From Gemmatimonadales bacterium (GTDB lineage Bacteria > Gemmatimonadota > Gemmatimonadetes > Gemmatimonadales > GWC2-71-9): a DNA stretch of 64,000 bases. Below are positions 27,895-37,595 of this stretch, in pieces. Under the pieces are notes generated by a model. It searched no databases, was not told the DNA's origin, and worked only from the letters and a program-made list of their open reading frames with translations. A program made the translations under genes and the position numbers. Where the stretch lies: NCBI GenBank assembly GCA_039794085.1, contig JBDIWC010000002.1, forward strand, positions 78,984 through 142,983, read 5' to 3'. Position 1 is the first letter of the stretch. Every line of letters begins with the position of its first letter.

Positions 27895-29471
27895 CGAGCC
27901 ACTCCTGTCTTGCGGGTTTCCCGGATCACCACCACGCGGATCTGACCGGGGTACTGGAGTTCTCCCTCGATCCGCCGGGCGATGCTCTCTGCCAGGTCGG
28001 CCGCGTCCGCATCCGTGACCTTGTCCGGAGTCACGATCACGCGCACTTCACGGCCAGCTTGAATGACGTTGGTTTTTTCCACCCCGGGGAATCCGCCGGC
28101 GATCGCCTCGAGGTTTGTCAGTCGCTTGACGTAACTTTCGAAGGCCTCCCGTCGTGCCCCGGGGCGGGCGCCGCTGATGGCGTCGGCGGCCTGCACCAGG
28201 ACCGATTCGGTGCTCTCATGGGGAACGTCGTCGTGGTGCGCCTGGATGCAGTTGATGACGGCCGGCTTTTCGCCGTAGCGCCGTGCCATCTCCACCCCCA
28301 GTTCCACATGCGTTCCCTCGTGCTCATGGGTGAGCACTTTCCCCACGTCGTGCAGCAGTCCCCCGCGCCGAGCCAGCTGGACGTCCGCCTTGAGTTCGGC
28401 CGCGAGCATCCCGGCGATCCATGCCACTTCCTTGGAATGCTCGTAGATGTTCTGCCCGTAGCTCGACCGGTACCGCATGCGTCCCACCAGTTTGATCAAC
28501 TCCGGATGCAGTCCGTGCACGCCCAGGTCAAACGCCGCGCGCTCGCCCAATTCGACGAGCTGGCCCTCGAGCTCCCGGCTGACCTTGGCCACGACCTCCT
28601 CGATCCGGCCGGGATGAATCCGGCCATCCGTGATCAATGCTTCCAGCGCCCGGCGGGCCACCTCGCGGCGGATCGGCTCGAAGCAGGAGATGATGACGGT
28701 GTCGGGGGTGTCGTCGATGATGACGTCCACCCCGGTGGCGGTTTCGAAGGCGCGAATGTTCCGGCCCTCCCGCCCAATGATGCGTCCCTTCATCTCGTCG
28801 CCGGGAAGGACCACCGCGGCCACGGTGGTTTCCGCGGTGTAATCCGAGGCCATCCGTTGAATGGACGTGGCCAGAATGCGCCGGGCATCCCGTTCGGCAG
28901 TGCGCTTGGCCTCCTCGCGGATGTCCCGCGCGAGCGCCGATGCCTGTCCCCGGGCCTCGTCCTCGACGCGCTGCATCACCTCGCGCCGCGCCGCCTCCTG
29001 GCTCAGCCCCGCCACCTGTTCGAGGCGTGCCGTCTGCTCCGCGATGAGCCGGTCGATGTCCTGCTGCCGGGCGTCGGTGCGCCGCTCGGTCTCCTCCACC
29101 TTCCGGATCCGGGTCGTGAGCTGTTGCTCCTGCCGATTGCTCTCCTGCACCCGGCGACTCAGCGCCTCCTCCCGTTCCTCCAGCCGGTGTTCCACGCGCT
29201 CCGCCTCCTCGCGCCGCCGCTTGATCTCCCGCTCCACCTCTTCCCGCAACTGCAGAGCTTCCACTTTCCCTTCGAGAACCGCGGCGGTCTTCAGTCCCTC
29301 CACCTCCTGGGCCGCCTTGGCCAGGAGACTACGGACCTGTGCCTCGGCGGCGGTGATGAGATCGCGGGCGGTCCGTCGCCGGGCTCGAGCCACGACGACT
29401 CCCACCACGAGGGCGAGCACGATTCCGGACGCGAATCCCCCCAGCAGGGGGACGAGGGTGGACGGGGGCAT
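27891..29471 (-). CDS. rny: Ribonuclease Y
   Basis: N-terminal TM, coiled coil, KGRIIGREGRNIR KH domain, LLHDVGK HD domain. Confidence 0.96.
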   Translation of the reverse strand: MPPSTLVPLLGGFASGIVLALVVGVVVARARRRTARDLITAAEAQVRSLLAKAAQEVEGLKTAAVLEGKVEALQLREEVEREIKRRREEAERVEHRLEEREEALSRRVQESNRQEQQLTTRIRKVEETERRTDARQQDIDRLIAEQTARLEQVAGLSQEAARREVMQRVEDEARGQASALARDIREEAKRTAERDARRILATSIQRMASDYTAETTVAAVVLPGDEMKGRIIGREGRNIRAFETATGVDVIIDDTPDTVIISCFEPIRREVARRALEALITDGRIHPGRIEEVVAKVSRELEGQLVELGERAAFDLGVHGLHPELIKLVGRMRYRSSYGQNIYEHSKEVAWIAGMLAAELKADVQLARRGGLLHDVGKVLTHEHEGTHVELGVEMARRYGEKPAVINCIQAHHDDVPHESTESVLVQAADAISGARPGARREAFESYVKRLTNLEAIAGGFPGVEKTNVIQAGREVRVIVTPDKVTDADAADLAESIARRIEGELQYPGQIRVVVIRETRKTGVAR

Positions 29472-29513
29472 GACAGTTCTCCGCACGCGACCCGGAAGGC
29501 CGCGGAATCGTCG

Positions 29514-29840
29514 TTATTCGGGGGTGGCCGGAGCCCCCGTTGTGCGTCCGCTCCGCTTGGAAGGCGGAAGCAGCCGTGTGACTTCATCGGCCAGATCCTG
29601 GAGCCGCGCCGCCTGGGCGGCATCGCCCCGCCGGGCCTCGAACAGTTCATCCGTCACGGCGAGTCCGGCAAGAACGGCGGCCTTGTGGGCCTCGATGGTC
29701 GGCATGGCTCGCCGAATCGACCCCAGCACCTCGTCGAAGTGGCGGGCCACCTCCCGGGTGTATTCCGGAGAGAGCTCGGAGCGGACGGTGAACTCGTCAC
29801 CTCCGATGACCACCCGAACCGCCTGACGCTCCTTGCTCAT
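29514..29840 (-). CDS. zapA: Cell division protein ZapA
   Basis: VRVVIGGDEFTV...AVLAGLAVTDELF; pheT-zapA-rny context. Confidence 0.85.
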   Translation of the reverse strand: MSKERQAVRVVIGGDEFTVRSELSPEYTREVARHFDEVLGSIRRAMPTIEAHKAAVLAGLAVTDELFEARRGDAAQAARLQDLADEVTRLLPPSKRSGRTTGAPATPE

Positions 29841-30160
29841 GCGACCGGTTCCCCCTCCTGGTGTGCCAGGAACCCAAGCCGGGACCGGAGTTGGTTGACC
29901 CGGCCCAGGGCGTCCTCGATGCGCTGCAGGAGCAGATGGTTTTCCGTTTCCAGATCCACGATCCGCTGACGCACCTGCTGTGCCTCTTCCCCGGCCAGGA
30001 CGCCTCCCCCCGTCCCCCCCCGGGCCCGCAATCCCTCCAACTCACCCTCGGCCCGAAGCGCACGGCGGCGCCAGGCGGCCAGCTCGTCCTGCAGACCTCG
30101 GACAAGGCCCTCCACCCGGGTCAGGGCGGCCTGATCAGGACGTTCGTAGGACGATGCCAA
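29837..30160 (-). CDS. Coiled-coil protein (ZapB-like position)
   Basis: Heptad pattern (RIVDLETENHLLLQRIEDA); TTG start after GAGGAG. Confidence 0.65.
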   Translation of the reverse strand: MASSYERPDQAALTRVEGLVRGLQDELAAWRRRALRAEGELEGLRARGGTGGGVLAGEEAQQVRQRIVDLETENHLLLQRIEDALGRVNQLRSRLGFLAHQEGEPVA

Positions 30161-32528
30161 GCGTCTCCTCGACTTCCTGGCGGGCTCGGTCCAGAGCCCG
30201 GTCAATCTCCTGTTCCCTCAGAGTGCGCTCCGGGTGACGAAACCGGAGACGGAAGGCCACGCTCCGGTGTCCCGGCGCGATCCCCGCACCGCGGAACTCA
30301 TCGACCACCGTCACCGATTCCACAATCCGTCCCCCCCCCTTTCTCAATCCGGCACTGACCTTCTCTGCGGTCACGCCGGAGGGCAGGACCAGCGCAAGAT
30401 CCCGTTCCGCCGAGGGTGTGGAGGGCCACGGACTGAACACAGGAGGGCCGGGTGGGGAGAGGGACACCGTCACCTCGAGCCCGAACACCGGATCGGCCCA
30501 TGCGGGAGCATCGGCCCGGAGGGGGGTCGCGTGCCCGGCCACACGACCCTCCTCATCCACTGCGATCCATCCCTCCCCCGATGCAACATGTACGCGGGCG
30601 GCGGGATTTGCCAAGAGCACCACCGCCTCGAACAACCCCTTCAGGTCCCAGATATCCACCGGGTCTCCCTTGCCACTGGAGGTCCAGTGAGCCGGGCTTC
30701 GGGCCCCAGTCACGACCACAGCGACGTGCAGTTCCTCCTGAGGAGGGGCCAGCACCCCTGTTCCGGGACGGAAGACCGTCCCCACCTCGAAGAGGCGCAC
30801 GGTCCCTTGATGGCCCGCCCAATTGGCCTCGACCTGCCGGAGGAGCCCGGGAAGGATCTCGGAACGCAACTGACCATGGTCCGAAGAAAGCGGGTTGGCC
30901 ACCGCCACCCCCCGAGGGTCATCACACAGGGAGAGGGAGAGTGTTTCCCACAGCCCGAAGGGAACCAATCCCGCCCGCACCCGGTCCGCCGCCGAGGCAT
31001 CCGGCGCATCGTCCCGAGCCCCGAGGCGGAAGGGGCCCAGGTCGGACGGCAATCGGTCATATCCGTAGATCCTGGCGACCTCCTCGATGAGATCGATTTC
31101 GGCCTCCAGATCGGGGCGCCACCCGGGGACGTCCACGGCCAGGCGTCCGTCGGCCGGCTTGGCCACCACCGTTGCCCCGATGGCCACCAGGGCGTCCTCG
31201 ATCGCCCGGACCGGCAGGGTGACTCCGAGGACTCGGGCCACCCGGTCAATGCGCAGGAAGATGCGGGCGGGGTGACGGACGGAGGGCCAGACATCGATCG
31301 GGCGTCCGGCCACCGATCCTCCGGCCACGGTGAGGAGCACTTCCAGTCCCCGGCGGAGGGCATCGGTGGAGGCCTGCAGATCCACACCCCGTTCGAAACG
31401 GTAGCTGGCGTCGGTCGAGAGGTCCAGGGAGCGTCGCGTCCCCCGGATCCGCGCGGGCTCGAACCAGGCGCATTCCACAACGAGGTCCGTGGTGGTTTGG
31501 CGGACCTCGGTCGCCTCCCCACCCATGATGCCGGCGATGCCGATGGCCCGCTCGGCGTCGGCGATCACGGTCATCCCCTCCGTCAGGATTCTCCGGGTGC
31601 CATCGAGAGTGACCACGGTCTCGCCCTCGAGTGAGGCCCGGGCCTGCACCAACGGGCCGGTCAGGGTCGCGAGATCATAGGCATGCAGCGGATGGCCGAG
31701 TTCCAGCATCACATAGTTGGTGGCATCGACCACGTTGTTGATGGACCGCACTCCGGCGGCCTCCAATCGCTGCCGCAGCCAGAGGGGAGACGGACCCACC
31801 TTGATTCCGCGCACCACGGCGACCAGGAGTCGTTCGCACCCCGACCCTGGTTCCACGGCCACCTGCACGCCCCTGCACCCCTCGCTCTCTCCGGTCGATC
31901 CCGCCACTCCCCTCGCCCTGTCCGGGGCCGGAACCTCCTCCCCGCGCGACCCCGGTATCACCGGAAGCCGGAACGGTATCCCCAGAGCGGAGGCCAATTC
32001 CCGAGCCACGCCCTTGTGGCCCAGAAGATCGGGTCGATTGGGAGTGACGTCCACCTCCAGACGATCATCCCGAACGGGCAGCACATCGAGAAGCGGCGTT
32101 CCGGGTTCAGCGTCAGTATCCAGCGTGAGAAGACCATCGTGGTCATCGGACAGCTCGAGCTCCCGTCCGGAGCAGAGCATCCCCTGGGACACTTCCCCCC
32201 GCAGCTTGCGCTGGGCGATGGTCAGGCCCCCGGGAAGGGTCGTTCCCATCCGCGCAAACGGATACCTGCCCCCCGCCACGACATTGGGAGCCCCGCACAC
32301 CACCTGCCAGGTCCCGGCGCCGTCCTCGACGGTGCAGACCCGGAGACGATCGGCATTGGGGTGTGGGATCACCTCGCTCACCCGGGCCACCACGATCTGC
32401 TCCAGGATCGCGTGGAGGGATTCGATGGCGTCCACCGGTGCCCCCAGCATGGCGAGGCGGTCGGCCACCTCCTGGACCTCCAGGGGACGATTGAGAAAGG
32501 CCTCCAGCCAGCGTCGAGACACAAGCAT
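30135..32528 (-). CDS. pheT: Phenylalanyl-tRNA synthetase beta subunit
   Basis: HPNADRL, VVCGAPNV, TPNRPDLL, STDASYRFERG, LIEEVARIYGY. Confidence 0.96.
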   Translation of the reverse strand: MLVSRRWLEAFLNRPLEVQEVADRLAMLGAPVDAIESLHAILEQIVVARVSEVIPHPNADRLRVCTVEDGAGTWQVVCGAPNVVAGGRYPFARMGTTLPGGLTIAQRKLRGEVSQGMLCSGRELELSDDHDGLLTLDTDAEPGTPLLDVLPVRDDRLEVDVTPNRPDLLGHKGVARELASALGIPFRLPVIPGSRGEEVPAPDRARGVAGSTGESEGCRGVQVAVEPGSGCERLLVAVVRGIKVGPSPLWLRQRLEAAGVRSINNVVDATNYVMLELGHPLHAYDLATLTGPLVQARASLEGETVVTLDGTRRILTEGMTVIADAERAIGIAGIMGGEATEVRQTTTDLVVECAWFEPARIRGTRRSLDLSTDASYRFERGVDLQASTDALRRGLEVLLTVAGGSVAGRPIDVWPSVRHPARIFLRIDRVARVLGVTLPVRAIEDALVAIGATVVAKPADGRLAVDVPGWRPDLEAEIDLIEEVARIYGYDRLPSDLGPFRLGARDDAPDASAADRVRAGLVPFGLWETLSLSLCDDPRGVAVANPLSSDHGQLRSEILPGLLRQVEANWAGHQGTVRLFEVGTVFRPGTGVLAPPQEELHVAVVVTGARSPAHWTSSGKGDPVDIWDLKGLFEAVVLLANPAARVHVASGEGWIAVDEEGRVAGHATPLRADAPAWADPVFGLEVTVSLSPPGPPVFSPWPSTPSAERDLALVLPSGVTAEKVSAGLRKGGGRIVESVTVVDEFRGAGIAPGHRSVAFRLRFRHPERTLREQEIDRALDRARQEVEETLGIVLRTS

Positions 32529-32531
32529 TGG

Positions 32532-33578
32532 TTATCCGAACTGCGAGAGGAAGCGCATGTCCCCCTCGTAGAGGAGGCGAATGTCAGGGATGCCATAGCG
32601 GTTCATGGCAATGCGACCGGGGCCCATGCCAAAGGCCCACCCGGTGAATCGCTCCGGATCCACCCCCCCATGCTCCAGCACGCGGGGATGGACCATGCCG
32701 CATCCGAGGATCTCCATCCATCCGGTTCCCTTGCAGGCGGCACATCCGTCCCCGCCACACAGTTGGCACCGGACATCCATTTCGGCGGAGGGTTCGGTGA
32801 ACGGGAAGAAGGAGGGCCGGAACCGCACGGCCACGCCCGGCCCGAAGAAGCGCCGTGCCACGTGGGTCAGAGTGGCCTTGAGATCGACGAAACCGATTCC
32901 CTCGTCCACCGCGAACCCGTCCAGCTGGGCGAAGGCCGGAGCATGAGACGCGTCGAACGGGTCCTTGCGATACACCATGCCCGGCATCACCACCCGATAG
33001 GGGGGTGGTCCCTCCCGCATGGTCCGCACCTGAACCGGTGTCGTGTGGGTTCGGAGCAGCAGGCGGGTTTCCGGTCCCTCCGCCTCGGTCCCCGCGAGAT
33101 ACAGCGTGTCGTGCATGTCCATGGCGGGGTGATCGGGTGGAAAATTGAGCGCGCGAAAGTTCATCCACTCACTTTCCACCTCGGGCCCGGTCGCGACGGA
33201 GAAGCCCAACCCGTGGAAAATTCCGGTCAATTCCTGAATCACTCGCGTCACGGGATGGAGCCCGCCGGACCAGACTTCGCGCCCCGGCATCGACAGGTCC
33301 AGGGTGGAGAAAGGAGAGCGTTCACCGGCCAGTTCGGCCCGTCGGCGCTCCAGCGCCTCCTGACAGTGCACCTTGATCCGGTTGACGGCGGCACCGAAGG
33401 GTTTCCGTTCCTCGGCGGGGAGGGTCGGGATCCGTCGGGCCTCCGCCGTGAGGATCCCTCCCTTGCGACCGAGAAGGGCGATCGCCTCGGCCTCCAGTTC
33501 GGGACGCGACAAATGGGGGATCGCCTCCAGGCGAGTCCGGAGGGCATCGAGAGAAGGGTACCCGGTCGCGTCAACCAT
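32532..33578 (-). CDS. pheS: Phenylalanyl-tRNA synthetase alpha subunit
   Basis: HPAMDMHDT, LLRTHTTPVQ, FRPSFFPFTEPSAE, EILGCGMVHP. Confidence 0.96.
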   Translation of the reverse strand: MVDATGYPSLDALRTRLEAIPHLSRPELEAEAIALLGRKGGILTAEARRIPTLPAEERKPFGAAVNRIKVHCQEALERRRAELAGERSPFSTLDLSMPGREVWSGGLHPVTRVIQELTGIFHGLGFSVATGPEVESEWMNFRALNFPPDHPAMDMHDTLYLAGTEAEGPETRLLLRTHTTPVQVRTMREGPPPYRVVMPGMVYRKDPFDASHAPAFAQLDGFAVDEGIGFVDLKATLTHVARRFFGPGVAVRFRPSFFPFTEPSAEMDVRCQLCGGDGCAACKGTGWMEILGCGMVHPRVLEHGGVDPERFTGWAFGMGPGRIAMNRYGIPDIRLLYEGDMRFLSQFG

Positions 33579-33760
33579 TGATCGTTCCACTCACTCATCG
33601 GTCTGGAGAGACACTCGGGGGAGACCACAGGCCGAGGGACGTGAGGACAGCCCCCCGGCGCCGAGGAGTGGCGACCTCCCCGGACGATGCCTGGACTGCG
33701 AGCGAAGCCGAGCGTGCGCCGGTGTTCCCGGCGCGAATTCCGGCGCCCGGATTCAGGCGC

Positions 33761-34129
33761 TCAGGTGGTTTCCGCCGCCTGATGGCTCCTCGCCACCTCC
33801 GCCACCCGGGCGAAGGCGTCGGCATCGTGCACGGCGAGATCGGCCAGCACCTTGCGGTTGATCTCGACTCCCGCCCGAGCCAATCCGGCGATCAGACGGC
33901 TGTAACTCAGCCCGTGCAGTCGCGCCGCGGCGTTGATCCGGGTGATCCACAGACTGCGGAACTCCCCCTTCTTCTTCCGGCGATCCCGGTAGGCGTACCG
34001 CATGGCCCGCTCGGCCGTTTCCTTGGCCGCCTTGTAGAGCTTGCTGCGCCCTCCGCGCGCTCCCTTGGCCGCCTCCATGATTTTCTTCTTGCGGGCGTGG
34101 TGGGCCACCCCGTTCTTGACACGTGGCAT
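33761..34129 (-). CDS. rplT: 50S ribosomal protein L20
   Basis: MPRVK, YAYRDRR, LWITRINAA, INRKVLADLA. Confidence 0.98.
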   Translation of the reverse strand: MPRVKNGVAHHARKKKIMEAAKGARGGRSKLYKAAKETAERAMRYAYRDRRKKKGEFRSLWITRINAAARLHGLSYSRLIAGLARAGVEINRKVLADLAVHDADAFARVAEVARSHQAAETT

Positions 34130-34138
34130 GATCCCTCC

Positions 34139-34333
34139 TCAGGCCTGCAGCAGGCGGTTGACGCGGGGAAAATCGGCCGAGCTCACCAGGGCGCTCTTGC
34201 CCAGCTGGTTCTTCCGCTTGCGGGTCTTCTTGGTCAGAATGTGGCGAAGGTTGGCCTTGGACCGCTTCAGCTTGCCGGTGCCGGTCACGGTAAACCGCTT
34301 CATCGCCGCCCGCTTGGTTTTCATCTTGGGCAT
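34139..34333 (-). CDS. rpmI: 50S ribosomal protein L35
   Basis: [14 protein letters not shown]...HILTKK. Confidence 0.97.
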   Translation of the reverse strand: MPKMKTKRAAMKRFTVTGTGKLKRSKANLRHILTKKTRKRKNQLGKSALVSSADFPRVNRLLQA

Positions 34334-34376
34334 CGGAACATCCACTCCAGTCAACCGCCGGAATCCGGCGGCGGGA

Positions 34377-34904
34377 TCACGCCTGTCGGGGCGCGATCAC
34401 CATCGTCATGTTGCGACCTTCCAGTTTCGCGTCAAACTCAACCTTTCCCACATCCGCCAGCTCCGCCGCCACCCGGTCGAGCACGGCGCGCCCCAGATCG
34501 ATCCGGGCCATCTGCCGCCCCCGAAACATCATCGTTACCTTCACCTTGTTTCCCTCCCCGAGAAACTCGCGGGCGTGCCGGGTCTTGAAGTCAAAGTCGT
34601 GATCGTCGATTCCGGGACGGTATTTCACCTCCTTGATCTGGATCACGTGCTGCTTCTTCTTCGCCGCCCGGGCCGCCTTGGCCTCTTCAAACTTGTACTT
34701 CCCGTAGTCCATGATCTTGACCACAGGAGGCCGAGCCATCGGGGCCACCTCGACAAGATCAAGCCCCCGCGCGTCGGCGGCGGCCAGCGCCTCATCAATG
34801 GCGAGAACACCCAGTTGTTCGCCGTCCGCATCGATGACCCGGACCGGACTGATCCGGATCTGTCGGTTGATGCGAACTCGCTTTTCCCGGTCGTTTGTGG
34901 ACAG
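34377..34904 (-). CDS. infC: Translation initiation factor IF-3 (probable CTG start)
   Basis: Frame extends upstream as [32 protein letters not shown]...[28 protein letters not shown] lies 6 nt before CTG at 34904. Confidence 0.93.
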   Translation of the reverse strand: MSTNDREKRVRINRQIRISPVRVIDADGEQLGVLAIDEALAAADARGLDLVEVAPMARPPVVKIMDYGKYKFEEAKAARAAKKKQHVIQIKEVKYRPGIDDHDFDFKTRHAREFLGEGNKVKVTMMFRGRQMARIDLGRAVLDRVAAELADVGKVEFDAKLEGRNMTMVIAPRQA

Positions 34905-34924
34905 CGGGCTACCTCCCGTACAAG

Positions 34925-35049
34925 AAAAAACCCCGGCGAGCCGAGGTTCTGAGACAAAGACCGCGCCCGCTGCGGGACCGGTTTCCGATCAGAACCCCTT
35001 CGCACCACGAGTGCTTGGGGTGGGGAGCATGGGGCCCCCACTTCGTGAG
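34925..35049 (-). promoter_or_regulatory. Attenuator-type leader of infC-rpmI-rplT (L20-leader-like)
   Basis: Terminator AACCTCGG-CTCG-CCGGGGTT-TTTT; competing helix GGGGTTCTGA/TCAGAACCTC. Confidence 0.7.
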
Positions 35050-35055
35050 AAGATC

Positions 35056-35084
35056 AGTCTAGTGCGATTCGGGTTCGATGTCAA
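35056..35084 (-). promoter_or_regulatory. Sigma70-type promoter of infC operon
   Basis: TTGACA-N17-TAGACT. Confidence 0.75.
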
Positions 35085-36012
35085 CGCCCGGTGCCGACAC
35101 CACCTCCTCCAGGACGACCCCCTTGGGCCCCGGCTTCGCCCGCCCGAGCACGGTGTCGGCATCGTGTTCAAAGATCAGTCGCCACCCCCCGGCCACCGCG
35201 TCCGCCAGGAGGTCGCGCTTCGATTCGAGGGTCCGCAGCGGTTCGAGATCGTACCCCATCACCCAGGGGAGGGCCAGATGATGGGCGGTCGGGATGACGT
35301 CGCCCAGGAAGACGGCCACCTCCCCCCGGTCGTGGATCACGAGGCTCTGATGGTGGGGAACGTGGCCGGGTGTGAGGCGGCTGGTGATCCCGGGCAGAAT
35401 GTCCTCGTCCCCCTCCAGGAGCCTCCACCGGTTCGCCGCGGCCACCGGCTCGAAGTTGGCGGGGAGATAACTCGCCCGGGTCCGTTCATTGGTGTTTCGG
35501 GCAAACTGGAGCTCCCGGCGCTGGACCACGTAGGTCGCCGAGGGAAAGGTCAACCGCGCCACGGGCGGTGTGTCCGGAGGCCCGCCCTCGCTCGGGGCAA
35601 CATCATACCGCGTGTTGCCCCCGGCATGGTCAAAATGGAGGTGCGTGTTGATGACCCAGCGGACATCCTCGGGCCGATGCCCCGTCTCCGCGAGGGCCTC
35701 CTCCAGCCAGGTGTCCCCGGTTCCGGAATCCGCGAGGTTGTCGATGCCGTAGATGTCCCGGAACCGGGCGTCGTCCTTGTTTCCGAGGGCGGTGTCGAGG
35801 AGAACCACACCCTCGCCGGGATGCTCGATCAGAATGCACCGCATTGCCAGGCGAATTCTGTTGCGCGCGTCGGGCGCAATCCTCTTGCTCCAGAGCGGCT
35901 TGGGTACGACGCCGAACATGGCTCCTCCGTCGAGCCGCTGGATCCCGCCCTCCACGGCGTGGCACTGGAAACCGCCCACGGTGAAGGGGGTGACTCGACT
36001 CAGGCCCGGCAT
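35059..36012 (-). CDS. MBL-fold metallo-hydrolase (YtnP-like)
   Basis: RLDGGAMFGVVPK, THLHFDHAGG, TPGHVPHHQ, FEHD. Confidence 0.9.
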   Translation of the reverse strand: MPGLSRVTPFTVGGFQCHAVEGGIQRLDGGAMFGVVPKPLWSKRIAPDARNRIRLAMRCILIEHPGEGVVLLDTALGNKDDARFRDIYGIDNLADSGTGDTWLEEALAETGHRPEDVRWVINTHLHFDHAGGNTRYDVAPSEGGPPDTPPVARLTFPSATYVVQRRELQFARNTNERTRASYLPANFEPVAAANRWRLLEGDEDILPGITSRLTPGHVPHHQSLVIHDRGEVAVFLGDVIPTAHHLALPWVMGYDLEPLRTLESKRDLLADAVAGGWRLIFEHDADTVLGRAKPGPKGVVLEEVVSAPGVDIEPESH

Positions 36013-36905
36013 GGGCCTTCCCTCGTCCCGGGCTGGTTGACGGAGCCCCCGTCCTGCACACGGATCGCAACACCCCCCCGCCGCCCCCGTCCCTTCCGTC
36101 GGCCGGCGCGTCCCCCCCGGGTCAGCGCCTCGAGCTCCGCGAGGGTGACCACCTCCCGCTCCCGTGCCAGGAGGAGCAACTTTTCGAGCAGGAGCGCCGT
36201 GACCCAGGCATCCCCTGCCGCGCGGTGACGCGCCGGGTTGTCCCACCCAAACCAGGTCGTCAGGCTGTCGAGGCCGTACGACTCGGGCCCGCGCACCAGA
36301 CGGCGGGCCAGACGGACGGTGCAGAGCGACGGACCCTGCAGCACCAGGTCCGCCGCCTGTCGCAGCTCCGCCGCGAGAAACCCGCGGTCGAATCGAAGGT
36401 TGTGTGCCACGAGCACGCGGCCGGCGAGAACCCGCCGAAGGTCGTCCACAAGGTCGGCGAAGGTCGGGGCCCCGGCCACCATCCGGTCGGTGATTCCCGT
36501 GATGCGGGTGATGACGGAGGGGATCGGCTTGCCGGGATTCACCAGGGTGTCGAGCACCACCTCCCGGCGCGTGCCCTGCACGACCACCACGGCCACCTCG
36601 ATGATCCGGTCCCCCGCCCCGCATTGACCTCCCGTCGTTTCCACATCGACCACGGCGTAGGGAACGTCGGCGAGAAGTGGCAGGGTCCCGGGCATGGCGT
36701 GCAGGGCCCATCGGCCATCCGGGAGTTGCCGCACCCGGGGATCCCCCCCCAGAAGGGCCACCGCCATGCGCTCGCACACCGGCCCGGGAGCTCCGGTGAG
36801 CCCCATCACCCGGCTCGCCACAGTCGGGGCATCGCAGGGAGCGTCCCCGAGCAGCACCAGGGCACGATCCAGCAGGGTGGAGGACGGGTGGAGGACCAGC
36901 GCCAT
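36000..36905 (-). CDS. DEDDh 3'-5' exonuclease (DnaQ-like) with N-terminal extension
   Basis: VVDVETTG, VAHNLRFD, HRAAGDA. Confidence 0.88.
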   Translation of the reverse strand: MALVLHPSSTLLDRALVLLGDAPCDAPTVASRVMGLTGAPGPVCERMAVALLGGDPRVRQLPDGRWALHAMPGTLPLLADVPYAVVDVETTGGQCGAGDRIIEVAVVVVQGTRREVVLDTLVNPGKPIPSVITRITGITDRMVAGAPTFADLVDDLRRVLAGRVLVAHNLRFDRGFLAAELRQAADLVLQGPSLCTVRLARRLVRGPESYGLDSLTTWFGWDNPARHRAAGDAWVTALLLEKLLLLAREREVVTLAELEALTRGGRAGRRKGRGRRGGVAIRVQDGGSVNQPGTREGPCRA

Positions 36906-36952
36906 GCTGTCCAACCTAATCGCGTTCCCCGGTGGATGCCGGAGGCCCACAC

Positions 36953-37573
36953 TCAGGAGTTGGTGAGGGCGAAGCTGAGTGCCTCGAGCTCAAGGGCGAG
37001 ATTGACTCCCCTGACAGTGACGTCGTCCGGGACGGAGAGCGGCACGGGGGCAAAATTCAGGATGGCCTTCACCCCGCCCGCGACCAGGACCTGCGCGACC
37101 CCCTCCGCGGCGTCGGCCGGCGTGACGATCACGGCGATGTCAGGACACGAGGCGCGGAGATCCCGTCCGAGGCGAGCCACATCACGGACCCGGATCCCGT
37201 CGAACAGGGTCCCGATCCTCTGGGGCGACCGGTCGTACACCGCCACCACGTCGAACCCCCGGTGCCGGAACCCATGGTAGTGCACCAGCGCGCTCCCGAC
37301 CTTCCCCGCGCCGACGACCACCACAGAATAGCGGCGTCCCAGCCCCAAAATGGTCCGGAGCCGGGCCCGAAGGTCCGCCACCTCGTAGCCCACCCCGCGT
37401 GTCCCGAACGAGCCGAAGACCGAGAGGTCCTTGCGGACCTGCGCCGACGTGGTGCCCCCTCGCGTGGCCAGGGCCCCGGAACTGACCGTGGCGAGCCCCT
37501 CCTCCGCGAACTCGTCGAGGAAGCGCAGATAGAGCGAGAGGCGGCGAACCGCAGAATCGGAGATCGAGTGCAT
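36953..37573 (-). CDS. rex: Redox-sensing repressor Rex
   Basis: RRLSLYLR, QVRKDLSVFGSFGTRGVGY, GAGKVGSAL, ILNFAP. Confidence 0.96.
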   Translation of the reverse strand: MHSISDSAVRRLSLYLRFLDEFAEEGLATVSSGALATRGGTTSAQVRKDLSVFGSFGTRGVGYEVADLRARLRTILGLGRRYSVVVVGAGKVGSALVHYHGFRHRGFDVVAVYDRSPQRIGTLFDGIRVRDVARLGRDLRASCPDIAVIVTPADAAEGVAQVLVAGGVKAILNFAPVPLSVPDDVTVRGVNLALELEALSFALTNS

Positions 37574-37577
37574 GGTC

Positions 37578-37595
37578 TTGTGAAAGATTTCACAA
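37578..37595. promoter_or_regulatory. Rex operator (ROP)
   Basis: TTGTGAA-AGAT-TTCACAA, matching the known TTGTGAA-N4-TTCACAA consensus, 4 nt before the rex ATG. Confidence 0.92.

Noticed and set aside
33591..33760. pheM-type leader peptide or T-box before pheS
   Set aside because: No Phe-rich mini-ORF or T-box sequence is visible, only GC hairpins.
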